DNA of 62,923 nucleotides, counting the filler, from Licmophora abbreviata (lineage: Eukaryota): the NCBI GenBank assembly GCA_900291995.1. It is 7 parts of 7 records of this genome, joined end to end, with 100 filler letters (N's around TTAATTAATTAA, not from the genome) between each part and the next. Parts side by side here need not be neighbours in the genome. Positions count along the whole stretch, not along the records: positions 23,317 to 52,278 come from OLMU01001435.1; 6 more parts are not named here. The stretch is one strand, 5' to 3'. The notes beneath the pieces were generated by a model, which worked only from the letters and a program-made list of their open reading frames with translations, ran no database searches and was not told the DNA's origin. Within the stretch, counting starts at the first letter, position 1. Every line of letters starts with the position of its first letter. The translations under genes were made by a program, and so were the position numbers. Below, piece by piece: positions 40,261 through 51,730 of the stretch.

Positions 40261-40812
40261 CTATTGGTAATATCCTTGCGGGCTCTCTTCATCGCCTGAT
40301 GGCTGGAGACTACTCAACAGCGTTTGACAAAGGGGAGACAAGAGCTCCTTCAAAAGTGGGATGGCCGTCGATCGAATGGCCCCCAAGTTGGCATTCGGGT
40401 TGACGACAATACTAACGACCTGCAAGCATGAAACAAGGAAAAATGGATCCATCTAAAGTGAGGAAGCGGGCTGTCAACGTAAGTATCCAAGGCGCTCTAC
40501 ACGACAATCTCTGCAGAAAAAAAACCGTACCACTGGACTTTGATACAGGTGAACGAGCGTCCCATGATTGTACGTTGCCGTGACACTCTGTACTTTTCCC
40601 ATTTTGAGAAGATGAAAGAGTTTCGACGCTGGTGCCCAAGTCGATTCGATAGAGCCTAGAATGTCGTCTCGCAGATAGTCGTCTGACAATGTTCTTCCGA
40701 GCGGAACGCCCTCGCTGGTGCTTAGCAAAATGACGCGAATTCCCTTGACTCGCTTCATCAACTCATGTAATGAGGATTGTAATGAAGAGGGCAGTATTCC
40801 AACAGACGACAT
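40261..40812 (-). CDS. LAMTOR3: Ragulator subunit LAMTOR3/MP1-like roadblock protein; intron 40420-40530
   Basis: LMKRVKGIRVILLSTSEGVPL...LKMGKVQSVTATY...VVSIVVNPNANLGAI...LKELLSPL follows the LAMTOR3 pattern. Confidence 0.8.
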
Positions 40813-41101
40813 GGTGAAATAAGAGTGTCCCGAACCTATGACTACGGCACGTTCGAACACACTCAAAGTGGACAGCGACTGTGGGGCGGCGGCGAAAAAA
40901 GGATGATTTTGTGCTAGAACGACGAGTGCTATCAGCGCCGGCGCCGGACAGACCAAAAGAATCCTCCGGGTCTTTTTCGCGTCAAGAAGAAAGACGGCAG
41001 CGCGAAGAAGTTCTGAGAACACGACATCACAGTTCGCCATGAAGATGAACGACGACGTAGCGCCTCCCTCCCTCCCTCCGTAGCCTTTCCCTTACCACAC
41101 G

Positions 41102-41707
41102 ATGATGAAGCCCTCTGGGAAACCAATGCAGAAGATAGAGAGCTGTCCGACGCTGCCGTCTGAATCGAACGTTTCCTGCTGTTATTGCCTCGTAGATTTG
41201 AACCAGCGACCCAGCATCCACGAGAAGCCGCTCAAGAGCAGCCTCAAAGTCAAGTCACAGGCCGAGTCCTTGAGGAGGAGCTCTGTGCGCACGTCGACTT
41301 CCGCCGGCGTTTCCTTTGATACAGTCGAAACTCGAGAATATCCTTACATGCTGGGATGCAACCCCTCTGTGACAAGAGGATCTCTGCCCTTGACCATTGC
41401 CTGGTGTCCGACGGATCATCGGGTACAGTCCGTCGACGAATTTGAGAACGCCAAAGGTTTCACCGGCCGTCGCAGTGTCATGTATCTTAAAATGCCAAAC
41501 ACTCAGCGAGAGCGATCGCTCCGACAGGCAGGCTATACGACCGATGATTTGCAACAAGTACTGGAGGAGATTGAAACTATTCAAAAGTCCCGAGAAATCT
41601 CCAAGAATGACCACGTGAGTGATTTAAAGAAAATGATGGCGGAAGCAAGACGGAAAAAAATGGGAAAGAAGAAGCGGCGGGGATTGCGGAGAGTCATGTC
41701 GTTTTAG
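41102..41707 (+). CDS. Hypothetical protein of a diatom-expanded family (VSF...REY..LG.NPSV..G.PLT.W)
   Basis: 201-aa ORF with LKSSLK...GVSFDTVETREYPYMLGCNPSVTRGSLPLTIAW...SVDEFE...RERSLRQAGY. Confidence 0.75.
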   Translation: MMKPSGKPMQKIESCPTLPSESNVSCCYCLVDLNQRPSIHEKPLKSSLKVKSQAESLRRSSVRTSTSAGVSFDTVETREYPYMLGCNPSVTRGSLPLTIAWCPTDHRVQSVDEFENAKGFTGRRSVMYLKMPNTQRERSLRQAGYTTDDLQQVLEEIETIQKSREISKNDHVSDLKKMMAEARRKKMGKKKRRGLRRVMSF

Positions 41708-42323
41708 AATTGGCGCGAAAGCCTTCTGGAGGGGCAACGACGGGTCAGTACATCGACTGGCACTAATATTAGGGCGGTTCGGTCGGTCGCCGCGGTAGGA
41801 GCCGTGTACAGAAGCTGTAACACCGTAATTTTTAAATATTGTTCGAGTATGAGAGGAGTGTGTAGGTGTTTACGAAGTATCAGTGGGGACGGTCCATCGG
41901 GTCGATTACCACGATTGTTGAGGAGCCTGGAAAGTCGTCACGACGGTAAACTACTAGGCAAGAGCTCTTCAGTCTGTTCACATCTCTCTTACCGCCAGTG
42001 CAAGATGTTGTTTCTCTGAAGTGACTGGCGGTTGGCGATTTGGAAGTACTAGACATGCCTGGACTTGTCAGCAGGTCAGTCACATGATGCACCCATTGAT
42101 GAGTTAGCTGTCCTTTGAACTTTTCTCGAGAGCGCTCAGCGCTCAAACGGCGATGAGTCGGAAATATCCACGAGTCAGTCACGAGTGTATCGAATCACGA
42201 GACGAGGCATCAACACACGACGCGACGGCGACACTCTCGATCGCACTCACAGCTCTCATGGCATCACCATGTCATGAGAAGTAGCCGTCGCCGTCCCGAT
42301 CCACCAGCGCCGGTGCCACGACC

Positions 42324-43277
42324 ATGAAGCTCGCGACTCTTTTCCTTGAAATTCTAATCCCTGTGGCATTGGGCTTTGACGTGGCCTCGATACGTACTGT
42401 CGCGCCTTCCTGCGATGGTAGTCATCATGCGACTGGTCGTCGATTGTACCTTTCACGTACTGCCCTCCACCAAGCATCGCAAGACGGCGACTCTTTCAAT
42501 GTTCAAGTCAATGAGTTCTTCAAGCGACCGTTGCCGGGAGAGATTCAGGCTGTCCTGGGATTGAACCAGAAGAACCCTACGACAACAGATTTCGATGTTA
42601 TTGAACTTGTCACGGCGAGACCGTCTCTGCCTGGCACCCCTCGTCCACTCTGGCTCGTTATTCTCGCCAGCATCCCGACCGGGCTACTATGGTACGGATG
42701 GTACAAGTGGGCTGTTGAGGAAGAGTTGCTGGAACATGAGCTCTCGCAAGGAGAGGTACCAAGGGGATTTGGTGGATACGGGACTCTGGGCCCGTTCACG
42801 TACGGCATCATTCTCGGTCCATTGGCTGCCATTCTGAATCTGCCTGGGGGCCTTCAGTGGACCGCTCTCGCCATTGTATTTATTTACTACACACAGTTTC
42901 TGCTTTACGATCGTGTCAATGAGTTATATCGACAAGAGGGACTCGAGGAACCACCCTTGACGGTATGGTGGTGCTGGCCATTCTTCTTTCCACTGAATTT
43001 GATCGTTGGTCTGCGACAGGTTCACTTTTTGTCAGAGTACTGGTATCGGCAGCGTGGAGCTGCTTCGCCACCACCAGATCCCGTGGTGGACTTCTTTCCC
43101 TTCATCAAGAAGCCCACGCTCACATGGCAAGAACTCTTCACCACTCCAAGTCTGTGGTGTTGTTTGCTGGCAAAGCGAAGTGACATCGATCGAAGCAAAC
43201 TGCCTCAGCCGATACAAGATCTACTTGCTATTGGAAGAGATGATGATAAGGAGCAGAACAAGACGTCTAGTAGCTAG
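42324..43277 (+). CDS. Hypothetical membrane protein with signal/plastid presequence, DUF4234-like
   Basis: N-terminal signal peptide ending ALG-F, followed by 3-4 TM segments (LWLVILASIPTGLLWYGWYKW..EEEL; YYTQFLLYDRVNELY). Confidence 0.7.
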   Translation: MKLATLFLEILIPVALGFDVASIRTVAPSCDGSHHATGRRLYLSRTALHQASQDGDSFNVQVNEFFKRPLPGEIQAVLGLNQKNPTTTDFDVIELVTARPSLPGTPRPLWLVILASIPTGLLWYGWYKWAVEEELLEHELSQGEVPRGFGGYGTLGPFTYGIILGPLAAILNLPGGLQWTALAIVFIYYTQFLLYDRVNELYRQEGLEEPPLTVWWCWPFFFPLNLIVGLRQVHFLSEYWYRQRGAASPPPDPVVDFFPFIKKPTLTWQELFTTPSLWCCLLAKRSDIDRSKLPQPIQDLLAIGRDDDKEQNKTSSS

Positions 43278-43309
43278 ATCTAATACCATCTCATGTATAT
43301 TGATATTTT

Positions 43310-46300
43310 TTATATCATTCGAGAAAAGTGCCTAAGCAGGCAGAGGCTGTGTTGCATCTTTCCTCGCAGGGCGTCGGATGCACCTCGCTGAGCGAGTTTG
43401 AGTTCGGATATAGCACCAAGAAGTTCCTTTCGCTGCACGATTCCACGTTCCTTTGCTTCTTGCTCTGCCTCCGTGAGATCTTGATCATTGCTATCGATCG
43501 GAGTGAAATCTTCAATGCCCGCCAGCACCGTCGCATGGAGATACAGGAAACGATGCAAGTAGGCATTGACTGCTTCGTAGCGTTGCCCCGACTGACATGC
43601 CTCGAGCAACCACAGCGACGCCCTGTGCAGTAACGGTAGACCCTCGTCCAAGTCGTGCATACCGCTACATAATGTAGAAAGCGACAAGTCAATTGCCGAG
43701 GGGCCAAGCGTTGCCACGTGATCTGTGACTGCCTGGAAGTTGGTTCCCTGGTCACCTGGTTGCCTGTAGCAATCGTCTAGCAGCGATGCCAGATGAGATC
43801 GGTAGTGTGTGAGCTTTCGCTTCTTCGGCTTCGCAACCATACCAACCCCCGCATCAGCCGCTGCACTCTCGGCAATTCTTTTCTTGTCAGAGCTTTCGGC
43901 TGCCTCATCGTCGTCGTCCGACCAGGCCGCGGCCCACTCCTCTTCGTCCTCTTCGTTGCCTCCTTCACCAACGATTAACTTTCTATCATTCGCCTCAGTA
44001 TGGGGCTCGCCTCCTGCACTTTCTCCACTCCTCCATTGCAAAAAGAAAGGCGCGGAAGGGGGCTTCTTGGGAGCTTCCTTGGGTTTGTTACGCTCTTTGA
44101 CAAGCTCCAGGTGAAACAGATTCTTCCAATGGGCAGGCGGGAGACCGCTCAATGTGATGAGACCTTCTTCCTTGGCTACTGGAGGAAGTTTGATGTCTTT
44201 GTCTCGTTCGTCGTCATCGTCCTTGTCCTCCGTTTCAAGACCAGTTTCTTGCAGAGAACGCTCTGTAGCAAGATCAACGTCATCGCCGTCCGAAGCTTCC
44301 GCGACAGGAGCGGGATCGTTCATCCGAGCAGGCTCCGCTGGAGGATGAGCACCGTCCACGTGGACGGTTTGGTAAAAGCTCCGATCGCTCCAGAGACTAA
44401 TGCCGAGCTTGTCGGCATGAGTCGTAGCCAAAAACTCCCCTGTCGGACTTACCGCTAGCGACGTTGGTGGAGTATGAAAACTCAACCAATCTACACAGTT
44501 ATTCGTCGGAACATCCCAAACTCGCAGGGTGCCATCCAGAGATGAACTGAAGAGATGACGCCCGTCTGGACTAAAGCCAAGATCGGTGATCGGTCCTGTA
44601 TGGCGCACAGTCGCACTTCCCACACCAAAGCGACGCACGATGGATAGCGCTGCACAATCAAAGAGTACCACCGAGAAGTCCTCCATAGCAATGGCTGCCA
44701 GGTCAGAATCACGAATATGGCACATCTTGGTCGCCGGTGATGGAAGCATGAAGGGACTTTTCTTGTGTGGTGAACGTGTCGCAAAGTTCCAGAGAATCAG
44801 TTTTGCATCTGATCCCACAGACAGTAAGGTCTTATTGACCGAGTCCACCGCCAGACCAGTTACGCTGGCACCAATATGAGATGCGAGCGCAAGCTTGGCG
44901 AGCCGTCGTTTTGCTGACGCAGCTTCCTGCACCGCATCTCGTTCTTCCTTGTCTCTATTTGATGGTCGATTGCTAACCTTCATCTTCTTTTCCAGTGCAT
45001 TCATGGTGCGATTGACATCACCCGCCACTCGCATCTTGCCCTTATTGAAAGCTTTTCTCGTGGCCGGATAGGATCCTCGAGGAATGCCGCTTTGCACATT
45101 GTACTTGTAAATGGTTCCACCATGAGTTCCCACTAATGCATAGTTGCCGCAAGCGGAAATGGCAAGCGATGTTGCATGCGCCGACCGAGGGGGTGGCTGC
45201 TGCATGGCACTCACATTCCAATTGGACTGCCGCAATATTGGTCCGGATTGCGCACCCCGTTTCGTACTCCACACGTAGGCAAAGGCATGGTGTTTGTGGA
45301 TCGTCACAAGGTCGCCCCAGTCGCGACGGCGTGCCTCGCTCGCGGCCATAGCCGTAAGAGGCGGCAACAATAAATCAGCAGTACTCTTCAGTCCCAAGGT
45401 CTTTGCTCGTTTCTCCAAACCGCGTCCTTGACTAAACTCCTTGTCAAGAACAGACCTTGCAGTTGAAAATACACGAAGCGTTCGGTCGAGCCCTCCCGAG
45501 GACAAAATCTGACATGAGGCGGCGTCCGTGCCATCGGCAGCGTTTGCAGAAAGACCACCGGGTGCCAAGTATCGAATGTGCTTGGGTGGTGCCATGTGTC
45601 CCTTTCGTTGTCGTAGAAGCCGCGCTGAATGATCGGGACTATCGAAAATGTGAAGCAGCACGGAATTTGAGTTCGAGCCCGTTGACAACAAGAGGGGCTC
45701 TTGTGGCAAATACGAAAGCTTGGCTACTCCACCGGGATGGACATTGTCTAATTCGCACAACAAAGTCCGCCTAGTCGTTTCACTCTCGCCATCTTCATCA
45801 TTTCGACTGCTCAAGTCCCACACACTGATTGTTCCATCAATGCGTCCAACGGCCAGGGGTGCAATGTTATAGCGCATGGCAGACCCATCCGTTCGAAAAG
45901 ACAAGGAGGTGATACAAACAGGCTGATTCTGTTTAGAAATATGCTCCAGTGAAAATAAGCACTTGTCATGACGCAGGTTGATCAAGTGTACCATGCCGTT
46001 CGACATGCCGACGGCAATGGTATCGACAGCCGGCGACTGTTCCAGCGCAGTAACGGAGGCAAGATTCGCCGTCTTCGTTGCTGCTAGACACTGAAACTCA
46101 TGAACAATCTTTTCGCTGCGAATGTTGAGTAGTAGCAACGACGAATCAAGGCCACCAATTACAATCTTGTTGAGATAGGTGGCTGGATGCAGTGAAACGG
46201 TAGGCTGAAGTGTGTCAAGAGGAATGCGTTTTTGGATGCGCATGTTTGTACGGGTGACCATCAACAGAACAACCAGTCCTCGGTGAGCTTGATGAAGTCC

Positions 46301-47104
46301 GTCCGTACTTTCTACCGAATCATCGTCACTATCATTTTCATCGCCGCTATAATCTTCGTCATCGCTCTCGTCGTCCTCGGGTCCAATAGTCGGAATGCCG
46401 TCGTCCTCTTCTTGCGCAGTGTTGACACGCGTCAATAGAACCGCCACCAGAAGAGCGTTTTCCAACTTTCCTTCCTTTTCACCACTCATTTTCATCTTTA
46501 AAATGCCTAAATCCAGCATGTCAACTGTCTTGTAGCAAAATTGCTTCGAATTTGTGGTACTGCGAGCCCGACGAGCAAGTCGAAGCGTCCTCACAGGCTT
46601 TGTACGGGCCAACAAAGTCACTTGCGCAGCATTATCGTGGTCATGAGCACACAGAGAAATTCGCAGTGAAGAGTTTGAAACCACGTGCGTGATATTGGAA
46701 GTAGTGGGGACAGCCTGCGAGACAAATATGGGCTGCAATCGATCTCTTGCGTTCAGTGTATGAATGCGATCATGTATCGGTAGTGTGACAAAGGACGCAT
46801 TTGCGTGCGTTTCCAAATGATATGGAGCTCCTGTACTCACAACGCCCACACTACGATAAGGGGCAAATAAGCGGGAATGTCCGAGTAAGCCTGTAGAAGT
46901 AGCGGCTGCCTTGGAGGTTGTTGCTTTCGTATCGTCGTCGGATGAGGAAATTGGCTTGGGGGGATCTTCGTCTTCGTCATCCGCTGATTCTGGAGACGAC
47001 TGTTGCAGCTCTTCTTCCTCGTTCTCTCGATGGCTCGCCTTTTGCTCTGTTGGAGAGACGGGGCGCTCCCCCCTCGACGACGACTGCCGTGTCCTCACCA
47101 CCAT
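43310..47104 (-). CDS. UTP21: U3 snoRNA-associated protein 21 (WDR36), intronless
   Basis: SRLFAPYRSVG, WD40 repeats, YNVQSG, FSPDGR, LRVWDVPT, ELVKERNKPKEAPKKPPSAPFFL and LGPSAIDL. Confidence 0.95.
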   Translation of the reverse strand: MVVRTRQSSSRGERPVSPTEQKASHRENEEEELQQSSPESADDEDEDPPKPISSSDDDTKATTSKAAATSTGLLGHSRLFAPYRSVGVVSTGAPYHLETHANASFVTLPIHDRIHTLNARDRLQPIFVSQAVPTTSNITHVVSNSSLRISLCAHDHDNAAQVTLLARTKPVRTLRLARRARSTTNSKQFCYKTVDMLDLGILKMKMSGEKEGKLENALLVAVLLTRVNTAQEEDDGIPTIGPEDDESDDEDYSGDENDSDDDSVESTDGLHQAHRGLVVLLMVTRTNMRIQKRIPLDTLQPTVSLHPATYLNKIVIGGLDSSLLLLNIRSEKIVHEFQCLAATKTANLASVTALEQSPAVDTIAVGMSNGMVHLINLRHDKCLFSLEHISKQNQPVCITSLSFRTDGSAMRYNIAPLAVGRIDGTISVWDLSSRNDEDGESETTRRTLLCELDNVHPGGVAKLSYLPQEPLLLSTGSNSNSVLLHIFDSPDHSARLLRQRKGHMAPPKHIRYLAPGGLSANAADGTDAASCQILSSGGLDRTLRVFSTARSVLDKEFSQGRGLEKRAKTLGLKSTADLLLPPLTAMAASEARRRDWGDLVTIHKHHAFAYVWSTKRGAQSGPILRQSNWNVSAMQQPPPRSAHATSLAISACGNYALVGTHGGTIYKYNVQSGIPRGSYPATRKAFNKGKMRVAGDVNRTMNALEKKMKVSNRPSNRDKEERDAVQEAASAKRRLAKLALASHIGASVTGLAVDSVNKTLLSVGSDAKLILWNFATRSPHKKSPFMLPSPATKMCHIRDSDLAAIAMEDFSVVLFDCAALSIVRRFGVGSATVRHTGPITDLGFSPDGRHLFSSSLDGTLRVWDVPTNNCVDWLSFHTPPTSLAVSPTGEFLATTHADKLGISLWSDRSFYQTVHVDGAHPPAEPARMNDPAPVAEASDGDDVDLATERSLQETGLETEDKDDDDERDKDIKLPPVAKEEGLITLSGLPPAHWKNLFHLELVKERNKPKEAPKKPPSAPFFLQWRSGESAGGEPHTEANDRKLIVGEGGNEEDEEEWAAAWSDDDDEAAESSDKKRIAESAAADAGVGMVAKPKKRKLTHYRSHLASLLDDCYRQPGDQGTNFQAVTDHVATLGPSAIDLSLSTLCSGMHDLDEGLPLLHRASLWLLEACQSGQRYEAVNAYLHRFLYLHATVLAGIEDFTPIDSNDQDLTEAEQEAKERGIVQRKELLGAISELKLAQRGASDALRGKMQHSLCLLRHFSRMI

Positions 47105-47439
47105 GGTCGGCGAATTTTTTTCTTGTTTTCTGTTTCAAACTTCGAAAATGGAATGGGTGGCGTCAAACTCCTCACCATCATCACCTGTTGATTCAGTCTG
47201 TCTGATGTCGGTAACTCTTTTCCGGGTTTATGTTAGAATGACTCCTCTCATCTAGCAGTACAAAATCGACGTAGCACATTCGTAGAAAACTCCAGGAATT
47301 GAGAGTCTTTGGGCGTGTCGATGACGGCGGTCAAGAGCGCACTCCATGATCCACATTGTGCTGCCCCCTTTCACCCTTGACAGAGCGAGTTCACGACTAT
47401 CCCTCTTCCTCCTAGGTCGCAGTTGATTGTAACAGTAGC

Positions 47440-48787
47440 ATGGCAGACGACAGGACATCGGAATTTTTATCGCTGGCACGCAGTTTGCCGCAAGACCGGC
47501 TCCAGGCACGACCCGCCAGCATTAGCAGCAGCGGGGCTGCTTCGACGAATAGCACACTAGCGTCGAACGCGACCGGTCGCTATGGCGCAGAAGCAGTATC
47601 CTCGACTCCCGGCTATCAAGAATTGCGAGAATTTCACAAGACGGCTGCGACAATTTCTTCCGACATTGCCAGTACGAGTGCTCTTTTGAGTACATTGACC
47701 AAACTGGTGCGCTCCAATTCGCTCTTTCAAGACGACAGCGACCGCGTCACAGGTCTCGTCATGCGCATTAAAGAAAACATTGAATCCCTGAATCATCGAC
47801 TGGATAGTACCAACGCGATGCTGCAGAATCAAAAGTACAAGTTTGGGAGTCACAAAAACTCGCAAGCCAGTCAAGAGGCCTCCAACATTTCATCGCAGCT
47901 GCAGCAAGAATTCGCCGAAACGACGACATCCTTCAAGCAAGTCTTGCAACAGCGAAGTAATTTGATCAAGGAAACGACCGACAAGCAAAAGCAAGTCTAT
48001 GGTGTGGATACGACTAGTGGGGGAGGTGCGGATGACTATGCGACTGTGCAGTTGACGCACAAGCCACCTGTCTATGGTAGCGCCAACAGCATTGTGGCCT
48101 CGAGAAACAGTAGCGGCGGCGCCATGTCGCACAATAACTTCCCGACGCTGGATCTGACTAGTGGAATGGCCACGGGGGAACCGACGTCGAGTTCTTCGCA
48201 GCTGCCTCGTCCCCGTACGTGACTTCAGAGTGTGTCTGGTTTCACGACGATATCATGTTTGCTCACTCATGTTTTACTTCTAACATACTCTCTGTTAAAA
48301 TCCCACAGACGGCGTTGGGAACTACGACGTGTCTCCTGAATTGCGTATGCGCCGTTCCCATAGCGACATGCCCGTATATTCCGGCACTACCTCTTCCTAC
48401 AACAATCCTTCCCCTTACTCGAGCAGCAGCGCTCCGTTGACGCCCCTCGACTTGCAACGCATGGAACAGGAGAATTCCGAACTGCAAGTGCAGCTCATTC
48501 CTGATCAGAGTTATCTCCGAGAACGTGCGGATGCCATGGAGACGGTGGAAAGTAATATTGTGGAACTGGGCACTATTTTCAACAAACTGGCCGTCATGGT
48601 TAGTGAACATCGGGATATGGTGCAGCGAGTCGAAGACAATGTGGAAGACACGTCCAGCAACATGGAAATGAGTATGCAAGTACTGACAGATACACTAACA
48701 CAACTTCGAACGAACAAGGCGCTGTTCACGAAAGTATTTTCGGTTATGGTATTTTTCGCCATCATGTTCATTATCTTCTTTGCGTAA
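47440..48787 (+). CDS. STX5: Syntaxin-5 / Sed5 Qa-SNARE; intron about 48215-48308
   Basis: N-peptide DRTSEF, Habc with SLFQD, SNARE motif RADAMETVESNIVELGTIFNKLAVMVSEH..MVQRVEDNVE, and a C-terminal TM anchor. Confidence 0.95.
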
Positions 48788-48976
48788 TGAGCGTCAAAGG
48801 ATGCCAATACAACGAATACAAGTTCTGTAGCAGTGTGATTATGGATGCAAACTAAGTAGATTTCAAATGGTAGTATACTTAGTCCGACTGGCGTATATTA
48901 GCGATACTGAGCGGCAGAAGCTCATCCGAGTCGGAACCGTTGAGACAACAGCTCCTCCCGTCATTCCTCCTCGATA

Positions 48977-50870
48977 CTACGTCTCATTGTGTCGCGATAA
49001 CGGCAGTTTTCGACGCTTCGCCTTGCGAGGTACGGCCACGGGGGCAGCAGATTCGCTGGTAACGCTGGCAACGCTGGCACCACTACTGGCCGATCGACCA
49101 CGTGCTCCCTTGCCTCGCTGCGACACGGGGCATGATTCATCCCGCTTCAACAAGCAAGGCTCTTCCATGGATGGTTGTGGCCGAGCCAGCATGGCCATGC
49201 GAGCCCCGCCCCGTCCCGAACGAACGACACGCGGTGCCGCATACGAGGGATGCGGTGGTCGCGAGGGAACTTCAGGGCCGTGCTGCCGAAACGGAAAACG
49301 AGGATCGTACGTAGGCGGAAACATGACGACCGATCGCATCATTCTGGGTGAATCACCAAATCTGCCTTCATCTGAGCGATAACTCACAGGGATTGCAGGG
49401 TCGACGCGGCCAGGATGTGACCAGGGGTGATAAGGACTCCCAGATGCGTGAGGAGCAGGTGCTTGGCCCATTGGCGTGCTCGCAGAACCATAGTGACCGT
49501 AGTGGACGCTCACTTTGGTATCATTTGTTCCATCCGAGCGCGAAGAAGCTAATGATGGGACTTGTAGGATAGACTTGGATTTATTGTGAGATCCGGGTTT
49601 TTCGGAGCTGCCAGGAATCGGCGCATGTGAGCCAGTTGGAGTTTTTGGCGAATCGGCATCTCCTTCGATAGTAGACAAACTCATTTGTTGGCAGAGATTA
49701 TGGCTACCGCGAAGGAAGAGCTAAGAAACGTGTGGCAAACAGTGGTAACAAGTCGGTTGAGAAGTGAGGACAGAAAATAATGCATGAAAAAAGGGAGGCC
49801 GAACCATGAAGGATTGTACTCACCTTATGCTGATATGCACCAACATTCGGCCCATCTTTAATCTCTTCGAAGCCCCAGGCCCGTGCGCGGCACAGGAATG
49901 CATCGATGGATCCAACACTACCTCTGCCTGTTTCTTCATTGAACTCTGGAAAGTACTTTGGGAGAATCTCACGGCGGAGTGCATCCCAACGAACAATACG
50001 CCACGCCTGTCCATCCTCCGTCCACTTCACGATGTTGTCCACATTGTTAGTAAGTACGGCGTGGAGAATGCTTGGAAAGTGAGGAACTTCCATCTGTGGT
50101 GTGGGAGGAGCAATTTCCGCCGTATCTCCAATCTTCGAAGACTCATTCAACGCCTGGCCTTCCTTGAGGTCAAACGAGTCCGTTCGGGATGCAATTCCGG
50201 GTGTTCGAGACGGCATGTCCTCCTGAAGTCCGTGTCCTGCAGTTCCAACGGACGAATTGCTAATTGGACTCACATGGCAGGGTGTGTCACCAGAAGGGAA
50301 GGAGGACGTATCAGTTTGCACCTTGCGCTTCTTGAGGGGTTCGTTTCTCTGTAAAACTGGACTGGCTGGAGAGTCTTCGGATTCGGGTGCGGTGAAAGGT
50401 CTTTCAGCAGTAAGCTTTCCCCCCGCTGCCATTAGTAGCGCTGATGCGGCTTCGCGCTCGTCTACTACGGAGTTCTTGCGTCTCTGGTCCACAGCGGACA
50501 TACCCGCTTCTTCGTTCAATGAAACTGGCACCCGCCTGATACCCTCCGCAGCTGATCCTTGCGCTGCATCAGGTCGCGATGCCTGCTGTCGTTGCGCATG
50601 CCCCCTTTCGATACGACTTCCTAGCCCATACTGTGGCTCATACGATGGATTACGCCATATGACATGACCGGGATGGTGGGGCAACCGAACGCCACGTGGG
50701 GGAGCGTACATTGACATGTGATTGGGCGCCACTCTCGGCAGTTGAGCAGCTGCCATTCGAGCCACATCCGCAGGGTGCATCATCATCTGCCCCACTGGAA
50801 GCCCAGAAGGCGCTATCCCACTAGAGTGTGGGACTCGTGGACCAGGAGGGAGTTCTGCCTGATGAGGCAT
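48977..50870 (-). CDS. Heat-shock-factor-type (HSF DNA-binding domain) transcription factor; one intron about 49723-49822
   Basis: FPSILHAVL...IVKWTEDGQAWRI...EILPKYF...AFL.RARAWGFE...AYQHK/LFLRGSHNLCQQM within a P/S-rich disordered context. Confidence 0.88.
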
Positions 50871-51730
50871 CGTGAAACACGGTCGTCACTGCTGCAGCTC
50901 TGAGAGTCTTAAGTTTTCGTCGAGTCTGGCTTTCAGGCACTTACTTGCTTTTGTCTCCAGCTAGATCCTTTCGAGCGAAGATTGGATTTCCTTGAGGTCT
51001 GGCACAACTAACTTAAGTTTTCACGATGAAAGGCGTGAAACACAGGTGAAAAGTGTCGGCAAATGTTGTAAAGTTGCTTGTTAATGGTGAAGTGTCGGTG
51101 TGGTGTTTCGCGTTGTTCGCGCCATTTTTAGGCATCTTCGTCCGTTGGATATCCGTTGAAGCGGGTAGATCGCTTTGTTTGATCCACCTAATTTTGATCA
51201 AACGCTCTGCCAGCGATATATTTTTCATTTGCAATAATTATTAATTATATGTTAGGGTAGTATTATAATCGTTTTGTCTAAGCCCACCAGCGAGTATTAT
51301 CTGATCAAAACCTGACCCTTTCAAAGATTTGATTAATTTCTTCAGACGTGAGGGTTTGTTCCAGATCCAACGTCTCGAATGGTGGAGTATCAGATTTTAA
51401 GGCGGTAGAGGAAAGGTGCACGATGAGACTTCGAGATTCGAAAACGGTGCGCCACAAGATTCATTCGATTGGTTCGATTTGAGTTAAAAACGCTTTCAAC
51501 CGAAACACAACCGCATTCCAACAATGACAACATTGCATCAGTGAACACAAGTGAAGACTGGTTTGTACGATCAGCAATACCGAGCTCAAGATGTTTTCTT
51601 GCTAGGCTCGTTGGGAGATGCGAATAAAGAATAAATCTAATAGACGGGACAATAGTGCTAGAGTTCACCATCCAGACGAAAACTGTTAGGTGTGTGTAAG
51701 TCATCAACTATTGGGCATCGACGTATTTGA

